Shown here: positions 14,186 through 25,398 of the stretch, piece after piece
How positions within the stretch are numbered: position 1 is the stretch's first letter
Layout of the letters: every line of letters starts with the position of its first letter
From: Marsupella aquatica
Taxonomy: Eukaryota > Plantae > Marchantiophyta
Length of the DNA: 64,000 bases
Assembly: GCA_973895155.1 (NCBI GenBank)
Contig: OZ316899.1
Location: 11,808,734-11,872,733, forward strand
Direction of reading: 5' to 3'
Made by a program: the position numbers and the translations under genes
Notes under the pieces: model-generated
What the model was told of the DNA's origin: nothing
What the model saw: the letters and a program-made list of their open reading frames with translations, nothing else
The model's database searches: none

Positions 14186-14312
14186 TGGCAAAGTCCGATG
14201 TTGAGAGAATGGGAAAGTCCGATGCTGAGAGAATGGGAAAGTCCGATGCTAGGAGAATGGGAAAGTCCGATGCTAGTAGAATGGGAAAGTCCGATGCTGG
14301 GAGAATGGGAAA
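14186..14312 (+). repeat. 21-bp subterminal tandem array GAATGGGAAAGTCCGATGCT(G/A), about 5 copies
   Basis: Seen directly; inverted counterpart at about 15585-15686. Confidence 0.9.
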
Positions 14313-15584
14313 TTTTCATTTTGGCAAAACGACAAATTTCTATTGTGTTAGATGGGGCATGTAGTTGCACCGACATACTCTTCCTAGAAAAGAGGATACA
14401 ATCATTCTTGCATGTTTGAATGACTTCATACTTGAGGCAAATGGACTTAATTGAATGTTGTTCTTGCCTCCTTTCAAGACCCCAAAATTTGTTCCCTTTT
14501 GGCAATATTTGCTCAACATGCAAAATCAAAATTTATCATCTAAAAGGAGATTGCTTGTCCCATGTAGTCTTTGTTGCAAGTCCAACAACAACATAGTTGA
14601 TGAAAGATGAGACAATCGGGAGCTGCCCTTGACGCCAAGGCTTTGGAAGGACCAAAATATTAATCTTCCATAACTAATAAACTATAATGATCTCATGTCA
14701 AGTCGGATGGAGGAGGGCTTTACTATTCACGAATGACCCCAAATTTCTTTTGATTGCTCCAAGGGAATGTAAGAGGGTAATCGTAATTATAGATCACTCG
14801 ATGCAAACATGCAATATCATGAAAGAGCAAAACTGGGATTTATTAGTCTAATGCCACACTTTTGTGGCATAATCACTACATTGCCACTCTTTTTCTTGTA
14901 TTTATCAGTCTGCCACTCGTTTGAGTCATCGGTTAAGAAAAGTAACTCAGGTTAACTACCTAAGATCCGACGTTTGAGATTTCTTTTGGTCTTCCCATTG
15001 GACGGTCGTCGCTTCTCTCACGGTTACATTTTGAACCCTCAGTATAGTTTGCGGAGGGGTGGGTTGGCTAATCCATTTCTCCTCCCCTTCATTTCTCTGT
15101 CACCATAGTCAAGGCGCACTGGCTGCGTCTTTGCTCCACCCTTGCCACTATCGTTGCATCCTCATTTCCCCGGCCCGGGCTGTGTTGTCGTTGACCTTGG
15201 CTGCCTCTAGCTTGGCTGGGGCTGCATCGTTGCATGTTGCCTGTCGGCCTCTCCCGACTCTGCCCAGCTTAGGTCCAAATTATGGGTCTTAATAAATTTA
15301 GAAGTGTATAAATTCCCTAAACACTCCAAGTCAAACAATAAAAGTGTTAAGCTTGCATGTACATTGTGAGGGATAAGAACCACAAAGTTAAGCTCATGTT
15401 GGAGGAATAGCAATTGGGATGGGTGACCACTTAGTTGAGGAATGAAGAGTTGAAATGTCAAAGGAGATGGGCACCTCGCTCGTGGTTGCAAAATGAAAGT
15501 AAATATACAAAGGAAGAGATGGGTGACCTGAGCACCCCGGCCGCGTCCGCTGCAATGTGTATCCCATTTTCATTGTTTTGCTCT

Positions 15585-15686
15585 TTCCCATACTCCCAGC
15601 ATCGGACTTTCCCATTCTCCCAACATCAGACTTTCCCATTCTCTTAGCATCGGACTTTCCCATTCTTTCAGCATCGGACTTTCCGA
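15585..15686 (-). repeat. Inverted counterpart of the 21-bp array, about 4 copies
   Basis: GCATCGGACTTTCCCATTC units. Confidence 0.9.
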
Positions 15687-16010
15687 TATAAGTCTGATTG
15701 TCGATATCCGATACTTTTATCATGGCATGTTACGATGCCGACAGAATCGGATGTATGGTTTTTTCATATTTTGTTTTACAAAGACATCCGATGTGGAGAG
15801 AATCGGGAAAAGGAGGTAAAATGTACTAGTGAATTGCTCTAATCTTATACACTAGTATTCTAGTGTGCGGAAGTGTTGTGCAGAACTAAGGTGGGATGCG
15901 GGGGGTTTTTCTTTGCCTTTGCTGAGCTACGATTTCAACTCAGCGGTCCTATATTCAATGTACAAGACATTAGTCAAATGTGATACTCAACACTGAGCTC
16001 CTCCACAGAC

Positions 16011-16072
16011 AACTGATGAGCCACAGAACTGATGAGCCACAAAACTGATGAGCCACAAAACTGATGAGCCAC
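16011..16072. repeat. 17-bp tandem repeat AACTGATGAGCCACA(G/AA), about 4 copies
   Basis: Seen directly. Confidence 0.85.
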
Positions 16073-16611
16073 ACTTTGTCTGTGGCACATGCAGATCATT
16101 TTTCCACCCGTTCGAGAGCTTTCTCTTTTGCCAAGCTAGGCACAAAGAAATCATTCCAGGGTTTCTCAACTCCTGAGGTCTATAATCACTCAGAGCCCTC
16201 TGCATTGTCATTGCTTTGTCTTCATTGGTGGTCTCAGGGTCGGGCGATTGTGCTGCCATTGCCAATATTTTAATTTGCTGCTCGCAAACTCGCATGTTTG
16301 CTTCAATACGGTACTCTACAACTAAGTTCTATTGGGTTCTCTGACTTGTGAATTCCTTTATTCAACTATGAAAATGCTAGCCCAACAATTGTCCACTTTT
16401 ATTCTACACAATCTTTTAGGATTAGCAATCGAGTGTCCAATCTTAGAGTCCTGGGTCTTATGGCACGTCTCTACCAGCTTTAGTTTGACTACTTCAACAC
16501 TGAGCAGAATTTTCTCCTTGCTAAATTCTCTCCTTGCTCTCTCTCGGTCTGTGTGTCTCTCTCCACTTTGTCAGTACTCTGTTTTTTCGTCTTTGCTCAC
16601 CATCATCTTAT

Positions 16612-16893
16612 CTCCTACAGAATTCTCTCTCTTTCAATTCTCAAGTATGTACAGAAATCTCTCCCTCTCTTATGCATGCCCATCACTATAGCAATCTCAG
16701 GTCGGGGCCAGGGTCAAGCCAGGATTTCACTATGGAAGTGTAGACTAGATCATAGTATATTGTCGGCACTTTCATTCTGCCTCGGCTGTGGAGTTTCAAT
16801 TGCTCTAATGTCATACACTAGTATTCTAGTGTGCGGAAGTGTTGTGCAGAACTAAGGTGGGGTGTCGGGGTTTTTTCTTTGCCTATGCTGAGC
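16612..16893 (+). repeat. Diverged direct duplicate of 13672-13854 + 15835-15928, carrying the empty site of the non-autonomous CACTA
   Basis: Shared CCCATCACTATAGCAATCTCAGGTCGGGGCC and CACTAGTATTCTAGTGTGCGGAAGTGTTGTGCAGAACTAAGGTGGG; single AAT at 16798-16800. Confidence 0.85.
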
Positions 16894-17502
16894 TTTTGAT
16901 GATACCCTTGCATGGATGATTTCCGACCCTCTTAATTCCCTTTGCTCAGTTTCTTCTTTATCTTCCAAGTTCAGAGGATCTCATGGCTGAGGAGACGGGA
17001 CTGCTGGATCACATTTGGCAAGCATTAGACAAGACAAACCAATTTATGGGATGTGGTGGATAGGATGTTAAGGCTGGGTTGGGTTGATAGGTAGGGGTTA
17101 TTTGGGATATTTGATTGGATTTTATGTTTGGGGCGTCGATTGTATTCTACTGGCCTTCTTGCTGTGATGAGCAATGTCCTGCTATGGACTTTTGAATTCT
17201 TCTGCTGGCTCCCCTTGTTTTTGTGGCCCCCAAAATTTATAAAAATTAATGTGTGAAAATGCTAGCCCAACAATTGCCCACCTTTAATGGCAGAAATCGT
17301 TCAGTAATTGCCTGTGTCCAATCTCAGAGTCCTAAACTTAAAATTTCCTCCATGCACACAACCCGTCTTGAATTTACAACTTGAAATTATAGTTTCTCAA
17401 ATCTTTGGTATTAATTCATAGTTTTAGTTTCTCATTCCTTGCATGCTTCACTACGTCACTGACTCTGGCCATATTGTGTTGTTTTCTATCGGGGTAGAAG
17501 TC

Positions 17503-18225
17503 ATGGCTTGTCCAAAACGGCCAGCACATAGAGGCGGATCACAGGTGAGGCACGATTCCATGAGTAGACATCATCATTGGTCCAATGCACAAATTCATCA
17601 AAAAGCCGCTCATGTCTGTGTCATTTGTGACGATGGAGGTGACCTGGTCATGTGTGATGGCCCCTGCCTGAGACAATTCCATGTCAATTCCTGGTCCACT
17701 TATGCACCACAAAATGCATGCCTTGGGGTTGGGCTCCGGGGGGACCATCGGGGTGCTTGGACTTGCTTTGATTGTGCCACTAATATCAGCAAGTGTGCTC
17801 AATGTGGCACAAACGACACTGTTGGGGGGGATCAACCAAAGCTGCAGAAATGTCCTGACAGGTTTTGTGTTCGTTTTTTTTGTTTGACATGCCTGCCCCA
17901 TGGTAACTCTCTTTGCCCACTACATATTTGTCCTGCTTGTGGGGAGCCTGATGATGACTACTGGATAGACATGGTCCATTGTCCCAGATGTCCCACAGCC
18001 TGGCACCATGAGTGTTTACTAGCCCTTCAGGCAGAAGGGTATGCATGTGACCGCCAAATTTATTCCCACTCTGCACACGGGGTTGATAGGTGGTTTTTGT
18101 ATTGCCACCTCCATACAATTGACCCTCATTTGCAGACCCCTGCGAGAGACCACTTGACTTGGCTATTGCTGGATGACACCTCCAGCGCCAACAACAAAAC
18201 AAGTGGATCAGCACCAACAGGCTGA
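17503..18225 (+). CDS. Stand-alone EDM2-type composite PHD-finger protein (CACTA-A cargo)
   Basis: Intact ORF: CVICDDGGDLVMCDGPCLRQFH...WTCFDC...CAQC...CPLHICPAC...CPRCPTAWHHECL...LYCHLHTIDPHLQTPARDHL, matching the remembered EDM2 PHD-region signature. ATG chosen by alignment with the paralogue at 61183. Confidence 0.85.
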   Translation: MACPKRPAHRGGSQVRHDSMSRHHHWSNAQIHQKAAHVCVICDDGGDLVMCDGPCLRQFHVNSWSTYAPQNACLGVGLRGDHRGAWTCFDCATNISKCAQCGTNDTVGGDQPKLQKCPDRFCVRFFCLTCLPHGNSLCPLHICPACGEPDDDYWIDMVHCPRCPTAWHHECLLALQAEGYACDRQIYSHSAHGVDRWFLYCHLHTIDPHLQTPARDHLTWLLLDDTSSANNKTSGSAPTG

Positions 18226-19458
18226 GCTAAATGAATCCAACATTGCACATCTCACATTTTGGACGTTTTAATGAAGTGGGCACCTCACTGCGCTGTCAAC
18301 CATAGCTTAAAGACACCCCGCTACAGTGAGTTGTCGATCAAATTTGTGACTGCATAGTAAATTTGAATCTTGCTTTTTCAGTTCAGCCATACATGGTTCT
18401 GTCCTGATACTTTTGTACACGATGATACCTCCAAAACTAACTAAGTTAACTTATTTTTTGAAGACTGATTAAGTTAATTGAAATTTCAAAGTTAGGGTCT
18501 GCACAAGGATGTCTGTGTTTTTTCCACTTTGAGTGAATCATGTGTATGGTAAGAGACCATAACTGTGAAAGACTAAAGATTCCAAGCAGACTGTTGCCTG
18601 GAGTAAAACAACATGCATGCATTGGAGTATGAAAATACATATATAGCTCAAATTATGTATTTGTTTCTACTCTTAACAAAGGTCATCTTAAGTCGTGTGC
18701 CTGACCCATACATTTGTACAATTACAGATGTGACTGGAAATTGGGCAGTTGAATGATATCATTCTCAGTCCCCACCACTGTCACGTAAGATACAGGTATT
18801 CGAATGTGAATTCAGGCTATATGCAGACAAGACAATATAAAGGGCCACATGTATGCTGTGTATACTGAAGTAGGCTGTCGCTCTACTTTCATCAATGTAA
18901 TTACATGAACACATGGTGAAAATAATTTGACTGAAGAGTATATGGTTTGTCCTATAACTCCGTGCTGGAATTTACTGCATGTATTGACTTTTGATCCTGT
19001 CATGTGGGCCACAATCAGGGAGCTAGAGTGCACTTTGTGTCATCAGAGAGCATTGGGCTGAAGCATTGAGGGACAGGCAACGCGGGCACTGGTAATTTTC
19101 TATTGGATTTTATTACAGGTGGCATCATGCCTTCCAAATGGAAGCGTGAACTTCTCCCCCTTCCAACTTCCCAGTGTGCTCCCATCTTCCAAGGGGTCAG
19201 AGTCTTTTCTGTCCCAGGTATTCAGAGTGCAAGATTGGATATCCTTAGGAGAAAACTCATTGAGCGTCACGGTACAGAGACACAATCTCAACTACAGGAC
19301 ACTGAAGTCACCCATATTATTGCAGAAACATGGGAACATTGTCTGAAAATGGCATCTTGGTCGGTTTTCTATGACAAAGTCTTCTTGAGGCATGTCAAAA
19401 TACTTTCAGCAGAATGGATGTCTAACTCCCTTAGAAAAGGGAGTGTCCAAGATCCTGA

Positions 19459-19670
19459 TACTTCATAGTTGGGTTGTACCTTCCTTAGGTGTAAAATGTG
19501 ATGTTGTACCTGGTCGTTTGAATCAGACTTCCATTTTTATTAAACAAGAGGGTGTTTACTATGGTCAGTGCAGTGAACTTTGTGGAACTAATCATGCCTT
19601 TATGCCTATTGTCGTAGAGGTTGTTTCCTTGGATGATTATGTTTCTTGGGTATCCAATAAATTGGACTAG
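19459..19670 (+). pseudogene. cox2: NUMT: 3' end of mitochondrial cytochrome c oxidase subunit 2
   Basis: [69 protein letters not shown], including the CuA ligands. Confidence 0.95.
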
Positions 19671-19762
19671 AAAGCAAACAAAATACCGTCTTCCATTTTG
19701 CTTTTCCGTGCGTTTGATCCCCGCCGACTTGCTTGACTGTTTCATCTCTCAAAACCTACGTG

Positions 19763-20146
19763 GCTTTGTGCGCTTGGGCTGTCATCCCCTTCGATTATGG
19801 TATGGTTTTTTCAGATCTAAATGTTGGGGTTTTGTATCTATTTGCGATATCTTCACTCGGAGTGTATGGAATTATTACGGCAGGCTGGGCAAGTAACTCC
19901 AAGTATGCTTTTTTGGGAGCATTACGATCTGCCGCTCAAATGGTTTCCTACGAAGTTTCCATAGGATTGCTTCTGATATCCGTCATACTATGCGCAGGTT
20001 CCTGCAACTTTAGCGAGATTGTTCTAGCGCAAACACGGATATGGTTTGTTTTCCCTTGTTTCCTGTGTTTCTCATGTTTTTCATTTCTTGTTTAGCAGAA
20101 ACAAATCGAGCTCCTTTCGATCTACCAGAGGCCGAGGCAGAACTCG
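19763..20146 (+). pseudogene. nad1: NUMT: internal fragment of mitochondrial NADH dehydrogenase subunit 1
   Basis: [19 protein letters not shown]...[28 protein letters not shown]..., then after a frameshift near 20055, [23 protein letters not shown]. Confidence 0.95.
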
Positions 20147-22196
20147 AATAAAGCGGGAGAGGAGAAAGAAGCTTCTTTGGAATTCACTTTTTTTTTGCAA
20201 AATGGTTAGTAATGTGCCGCATTTGTTTGAGAGCAAGTACAATAGCGTCCAAATGATGAAAGACAGTCGAGATTGGCACAAGGCTCGTAGAATTGCAGGG
20301 AGAGGTGGGAGTAGGGTTCCGTCTATTGACCAGATCACAAAAGTATACAACAACATTATCCCATATGAGACAGAACCCATCCCAGACCGTACCATGTTCG
20401 GAGGTGTGAGGGCTGTAATACTTGACAAGTCTATCAACTAAGCCATATAGGGTCTGTCGTTTCAAGAGGGAGATCAGTAGAAGAGGTGGTACAGTGATTG
20501 AGAAGCTCACTAATGAGACCACCCATCTCATTGCTCCTTCATATTCTAAGGCATGCCGAGAGTATGGAAAGTCCACAGTACAATGGCTCATCACACATGG
20601 GCTGCGTGTGGTCTGCCCTGAATGGGTCAGGTAGTCCCTTTCAACAAATATGCGATTAGATGAGCATAAATATGATTTAAATGAAATATGGCCAGCAAAG
20701 CCATTCATTCCCTATGACGACCCAAAATATGTTACTTATGAGTTCCAGACCACGGATGAAGAGTTTTCCGATAGTGCGTATGATTCTGTTAGCCCTAATG
20801 ATTATGAATAAGTAAGGTCTCAACTGTCTGTATGCTAGACGGTTACATTTTTGAAATAAACTTTTGTGTGTTATTTTTGGTCTACAAGACATTACTCCTT
20901 TTCATCCTCCAAATGTCTTGGTTTTGCATGTGGAGATGTATGGCAGTGTATGATGTACGTTGTACCATTGACTGGTCAACGACCAAGCACTTCACTGATT
21001 ATTGCAAGTCTGTTATGATGTTGCTACCTGTAGTGAGCAGATGATACGTGAGCAGGTCGGGCGCCAGCACAGACTGGACTCGATAGTGAGTGTCTTTAGC
21101 GTCTGTGATATTTCCTTCATGAAACTTGCATGTGTCCCTCCATGTACTTAGAATATGCAATTGTATAAGCCTATCTAGTGCAAAGGGTACATAGCCAAGG
21201 GGTGCCTACGACAGCTGAAGGTATGGATCAGGCAAATGAGGATGGACAGTTGGGGCAAAGGAATCAGAGACATACCAATGAACTGCAACTCCCTTTGCAT
21301 CACCCACTGAGGATTACACGTCATGACTCCAAGTTGTGGAATAGAGAGGTGCTTAGAGCAAGCCGGGGCAAAAATGCCCGGATGAGATGCCCTTGCATGC
21401 AATGTTGAGGATACCACTCGATGACCCTGAACCAAGTGCATTCTCATCTTCAAAGGCATGGAAGAAATCCAATCCGCAGGGTGTGGAATGTGCCAGAGGA
21501 AGAGGATTCATTGGATGATGAATGGAGAGCAAATTTTGAAAATGTGAATACAGCAAGACGCTCTGCATTCTTTCATAACGTCACTGGTCATGCAGGTAAC
21601 AAAGACGAAGATGAGTATGTTCCACAGGGAGGTCCCGAGACTTCTAATGAGGACGGGGTAGATGTTCCTAGGATGGTTTCAGACATTTTTCAAGACCTGG
21701 ATGCACTTTATGAAGATGCAGAGGCACAGGGGGACGAAGAACCAGACATGCATGGTGCAGATCCATTGGACCAAGAAGAGTTTGACATTGGAGAAGAAGC
21801 TGAAGATGATGGTCAATTCTTGGGAACTGGGGCCTACTTGAGGAAGCTACGTCCCCATTGTATGGTGGTGCAAATTGCTCCAAACTAGGGTTCATAGTGA
21901 TGTTCCTCAATATATGTGGATGTCATCGTGTGCGCAACATATGTGTAATAGAGTTGTTGATGTTCCTACAGAGGACAGTACTACCCGCTGGAAACATTGC
22001 TCCTAAGAACATGTATGAGGCAAAGAAGGTGATGAGCAAACTTGGTTTGAATTATGTGTCCATCCATGCCCAGATGGCCATGTACTTTTCACAAAAGAAT
22101 ATGCTGATTGCCTATCTTGCCCTATCTGCGGAAAGCACAGATATAAGAACGTGGGGAAGTCAACTCAACCTGCTAAGGTCCTACGGCATTTCCCTC

Positions 22197-25100
22197 TGTC
22201 AAACACTTGCCAAGGAGCTTAAGCGGCTTTTCTCCCCAAAAGACTACCTAATACCTGCTCCATGTCATACCAGGGTCACAAAGGATTGACAAAACTTCTG
22301 AAGTGTGCTTACAATGTCCAATCACTCCATACATAAGTAGTTTCAACTCTCCACTTCTAGAGAGGTAGTCCCCTTGACTACTTTTGTACTCACCCCTTCC
22401 CCTCTCCTCTACTCCAAGGATCAGCAAGGGGGATCTCCGCTCCAAGCTGTCACCTTAGAGTAGATTCTCACACAAACACCCAAGAACCCAAAGTACTTTC
22501 CTCTTCAAGCTTAAGTCTCCTCAAGACCCTCAAAGTAGTGTTACCCCTCAACCTTGCCCCCCTGGCCTTGGTTTGGGTCCACACATCCCCTTTGAGCCCT
22601 AGAGAAGGCTCCTCTATCTAAGGACTCTTCCTCTTGTTCTTACTTCTTGTTAACACCACACACCAAGCAAAGTACTTTCCACCCTCAAGCTATAATCCTC
22701 TCTAAGTCTCAAAGTAATGCTATACCTTAACCTTGCCTCCTTGGCCTTGGTTTTGTACTAGCACATCCCCTTCAAGCTTAGACCAAGATTATACCATAGC
22801 ATGGACTCTTCTCTTGCTCTCATATACTTCAAATGCACTCACACTTAATGGTCACAATGAAGATTGGTAAGTCTCCTTTTATTGCATCACCTTTACAACA
22901 AAAGTTCACTACACATTCTCCACACTAAGCATGGACCACCTCTCCTTTCTCAAGCTTAGCCCTACCTTGGCAAGGTAGAGATTTCACTTAAGAGATGAGA
23001 CTCCCGGTCCCTAACAAATGAAAACTTCCTCCTTATATACTATCTCCTTCCACATCACACCAAGCTTGACCTGGGGTCCAACTATACCTCCCCCAAGTCC
23101 TCCTAACACACAAAGTCCAACTCTATAGTTCATAGCCCACCCTACTACTTGCTATTTTGCCTCCTTCCAAGCCCTGGAATATGCCACACATGAGTGGTAT
23201 GCTTTGACTTCCAAACCTACTCCCACTTATGGTCCTCCTCACCAGCTTACCAACCCACTTGAAAGCTCGCAAAAAGAGTGAGTGAGTCTCAAGTTGTGCC
23301 TAGTCAAAGTTGGCCTTATTTTACTTAACCCCTTTACTACCCTAAGTAAACTACCCCCTATATTTACTTTTCTTAACTTGATGGCCTTACACCTTTGGCC
23401 AAAGGTAAGTACCCTTCTCTAGAGCCTAACTCAAGTGGTATGGGTGCAAGAAAGGTCAGCCCCTAAATCTGGTATTCATTCCCCTATGCCGACTTTGGTT
23501 TGCAAGTTGTCGGGACTCCCTCGTGGCCTCGGTTAAAAATATATTTGAGTGATTACTTTTCTGGGGTTCCACCTTCACCAGGGGGTGCCTTATCTTCCCC
23601 TAACTCAGCACAAAAAAATTTGGGCCCCAACGGATACCTCTAGCCAAAGTTATGCCCATTCTCCCAAGGCCTGTTTTTGGTGTAAAGCGGGTGTAAGCGG
23701 CGGCCCGATTACACTTACCTTACATGCCCCTTATGGGGATTCCACGTGTCATGAGGGGAGAGCACTCTCATTATACTCATGTTTCTTATGAAGAAATTGT
23801 AAGGACAGCAATGTTTGCAGCCATTTCTCTCTCGTGAATTCAATCTAAAACCACAGCATTCTCTATTGGATTCTTTCTTGTGCAGCAGTCCAGCTGATCA
23901 GCCGCCAGCCCCTCAATTTCACAGCCACCATAGCTCACAGCCAGCCTAGTCAATTTCGCAGCTAGCCCACCTCTTCAATTTTGCCGCTAGCAACACAGTC
24001 AATTTCGCAGCTAGCAGCACAGTCACATCAGCGCATTTACAGCACAACAACAGCAGATTTGAAGCACAGCAGCAGCAACCATAGCTTGATTCCTTCTCAG
24101 TCAAGCAGGTCTCTCTTCTCAATTTCGTAGCTGCCCACCTTTGCAATTTCGCAGCTAGCAGCAGCATCATTCAATTCAGCAGCATCAAGGCAGCAGCCAG
24201 CCAATTCTCATGAGCATCTCGTGCCTGATTAGTAGGAGCACCTCTAATCTAGTGTGCAGCTGTCATAGCAGCAAGCAGCCTTCCCAATTCAAAGCCAGCA
24301 GCGATCCTAATTTGCAGCCATAGCTCTTTTCCTTCTCAGCAGCCATAGCTTCTTCAATCAGCAACAGCCCTTGCTTCTTCAATCAGCAGCAGCCATTTCA
24401 ATTCAGCCGCCCTTCCTTCAATTCAGCCGCCCTTGTGCTCAATTGATTCCTCAAGTAATCATGCAGCACCTTTGGACAGCCTCCCGGTGCTTGACGTCCT
24501 CACCAGCCTCGTGCTTGCTCCTCCTTGCCTCGTGCTCGCTCCTCCTTGCCTCGTGCTCGCCGCGTGATCGTCGCCCACGCGGTTTACACTTAGAAAAAAA
24601 ATACATTTTTTTTTGGAAAAACAGCATTTTGGGGCGATTTTGGACCCCCCTCCAAAACTCACACATAAGTCCAAAAGGACTTCTGAGTAGCTCCACTGAT
24701 TCTATGGACATAGGACTATGTCCGGGTTTACTAAGATATAAACAAAACCCTATAACAACTTTTCTAAAATTAGGCAAAGAGGGTCAAGTCTTTATGTCTT
24801 CCAAAATTCTTCTCAACTTTGAGATGCTCCCAAAAAGTAACCAAGTGTGACAAAGTTGTCCCACAAGTTTCTAGGGATAGAGGGGACCATACTTAACCCA
24901 CTTCCAAACTTGGAACCCCTACATTTACCCATCAGCTATTTTTCCCGGGACCCGCTATTTGGTAACTTTGATTTTTGCCAAAATACTTATAACTCCTAGG
25001 TTAAGACCCCACTTGACTTCATACTTTTTCAGGGTTCCCTAGGGACCTCCCAGCACCCATGGGAGAAATATCAGCCAAAAATAAGATGTCCGGTGTCGGG

Positions 25101-25358
25101 TCATTTTTCGGTCCCGACTTAGTCGCCTATTATAACTAAGGACGGACTAGTTTCCTGCCCCTCCTATAGTAACTTGCTTACCCCTAGATAACTTTGCATA
25201 ACTAAATTCCCTCTTACCTCTACTAAGCTTCCCTTCTTACTTAAGTGCCCTAAACCTAGCTACTCTGATAGCACTAAAACTTTTTCCCTAACTATTTCCT
25301 CTTCTAAACGAAAGAATGTCATGTTTCTCTACACTAGCTGACACTGAGCCATCCCACA
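22197..25358 (-). repeat. 3' LTR (3162 bp)
   Basis: TGTCAAACAC...GCCATCCCACA; same length as 31522-34683, offset 9325. Confidence 0.97.
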
Positions 25359-25369
25359 TAGCCCCCTAC
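25359..25369 (-). other. Polypurine tract (short)
   Basis: Minus strand GTAGGGGGCTA directly before the 3' LTR start TGTGGG. Confidence 0.6.
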
Positions 25370-25398
25370 TTAAGTGTGCAGCGTCCCCGCAAACACAC

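Larger units (their letters stand above)
13855..15831. mobile_element. Non-autonomous CACTA (1977 bp), same TIR family as CACTA-C
   Basis: TIRs CACTAGTACAT / ATGTACTAGTG; perfect 3-bp TSD AAT (13852-13854, 15832-15834); many TCCGAT/ATCGGA subterminal motifs; minus-strand transposase scrap SICLKYEVIQTCKNDCILF at about 14390-14450. Confidence 0.95.
19127..20811 (+). pseudogene. Tandem-BRCT protein gene (CACTA-A cargo), disrupted by a NUMT, stops and a frameshift
   Basis: BRCT1 IFQGVRVFSVPGIQSARLDILRRKLIERHG...VTHIIA...[11 protein letters not shown]; BRCT2 MFGGVRAVIL...RRGGTVIEKLTNETTHLIA...VVCPEWV*. Homologous to the intact copy at 59061-59909. Confidence 0.8.

Noticed and set aside
14149-14419. 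Repetitive peptides (MGKSDAxR / WESPML) as real proteins
   Set aside because: Translations of the 21-bp subterminal DNA array.
15850-15865. CACTAG-TATT-CTAGTG hairpin (also at about 16817) as a miniature CACTA or excision footprint
   Set aside because: No 3-bp TSD, only 16 bp, and present in both duplicated host copies.
19392-20095. Functional cox2/nad1 genes or a mitochondrial contig
   Set aside because: Both are partial, nad1 is frameshifted, and they are embedded in a nuclear-type transposon gene.
22248-24850. Short ORFs inside the LTRs, repeated at 31573-34175
   Set aside because: No recognisable domains; low-complexity CAG-rich DNA. Duplication only reflects LTR identity.
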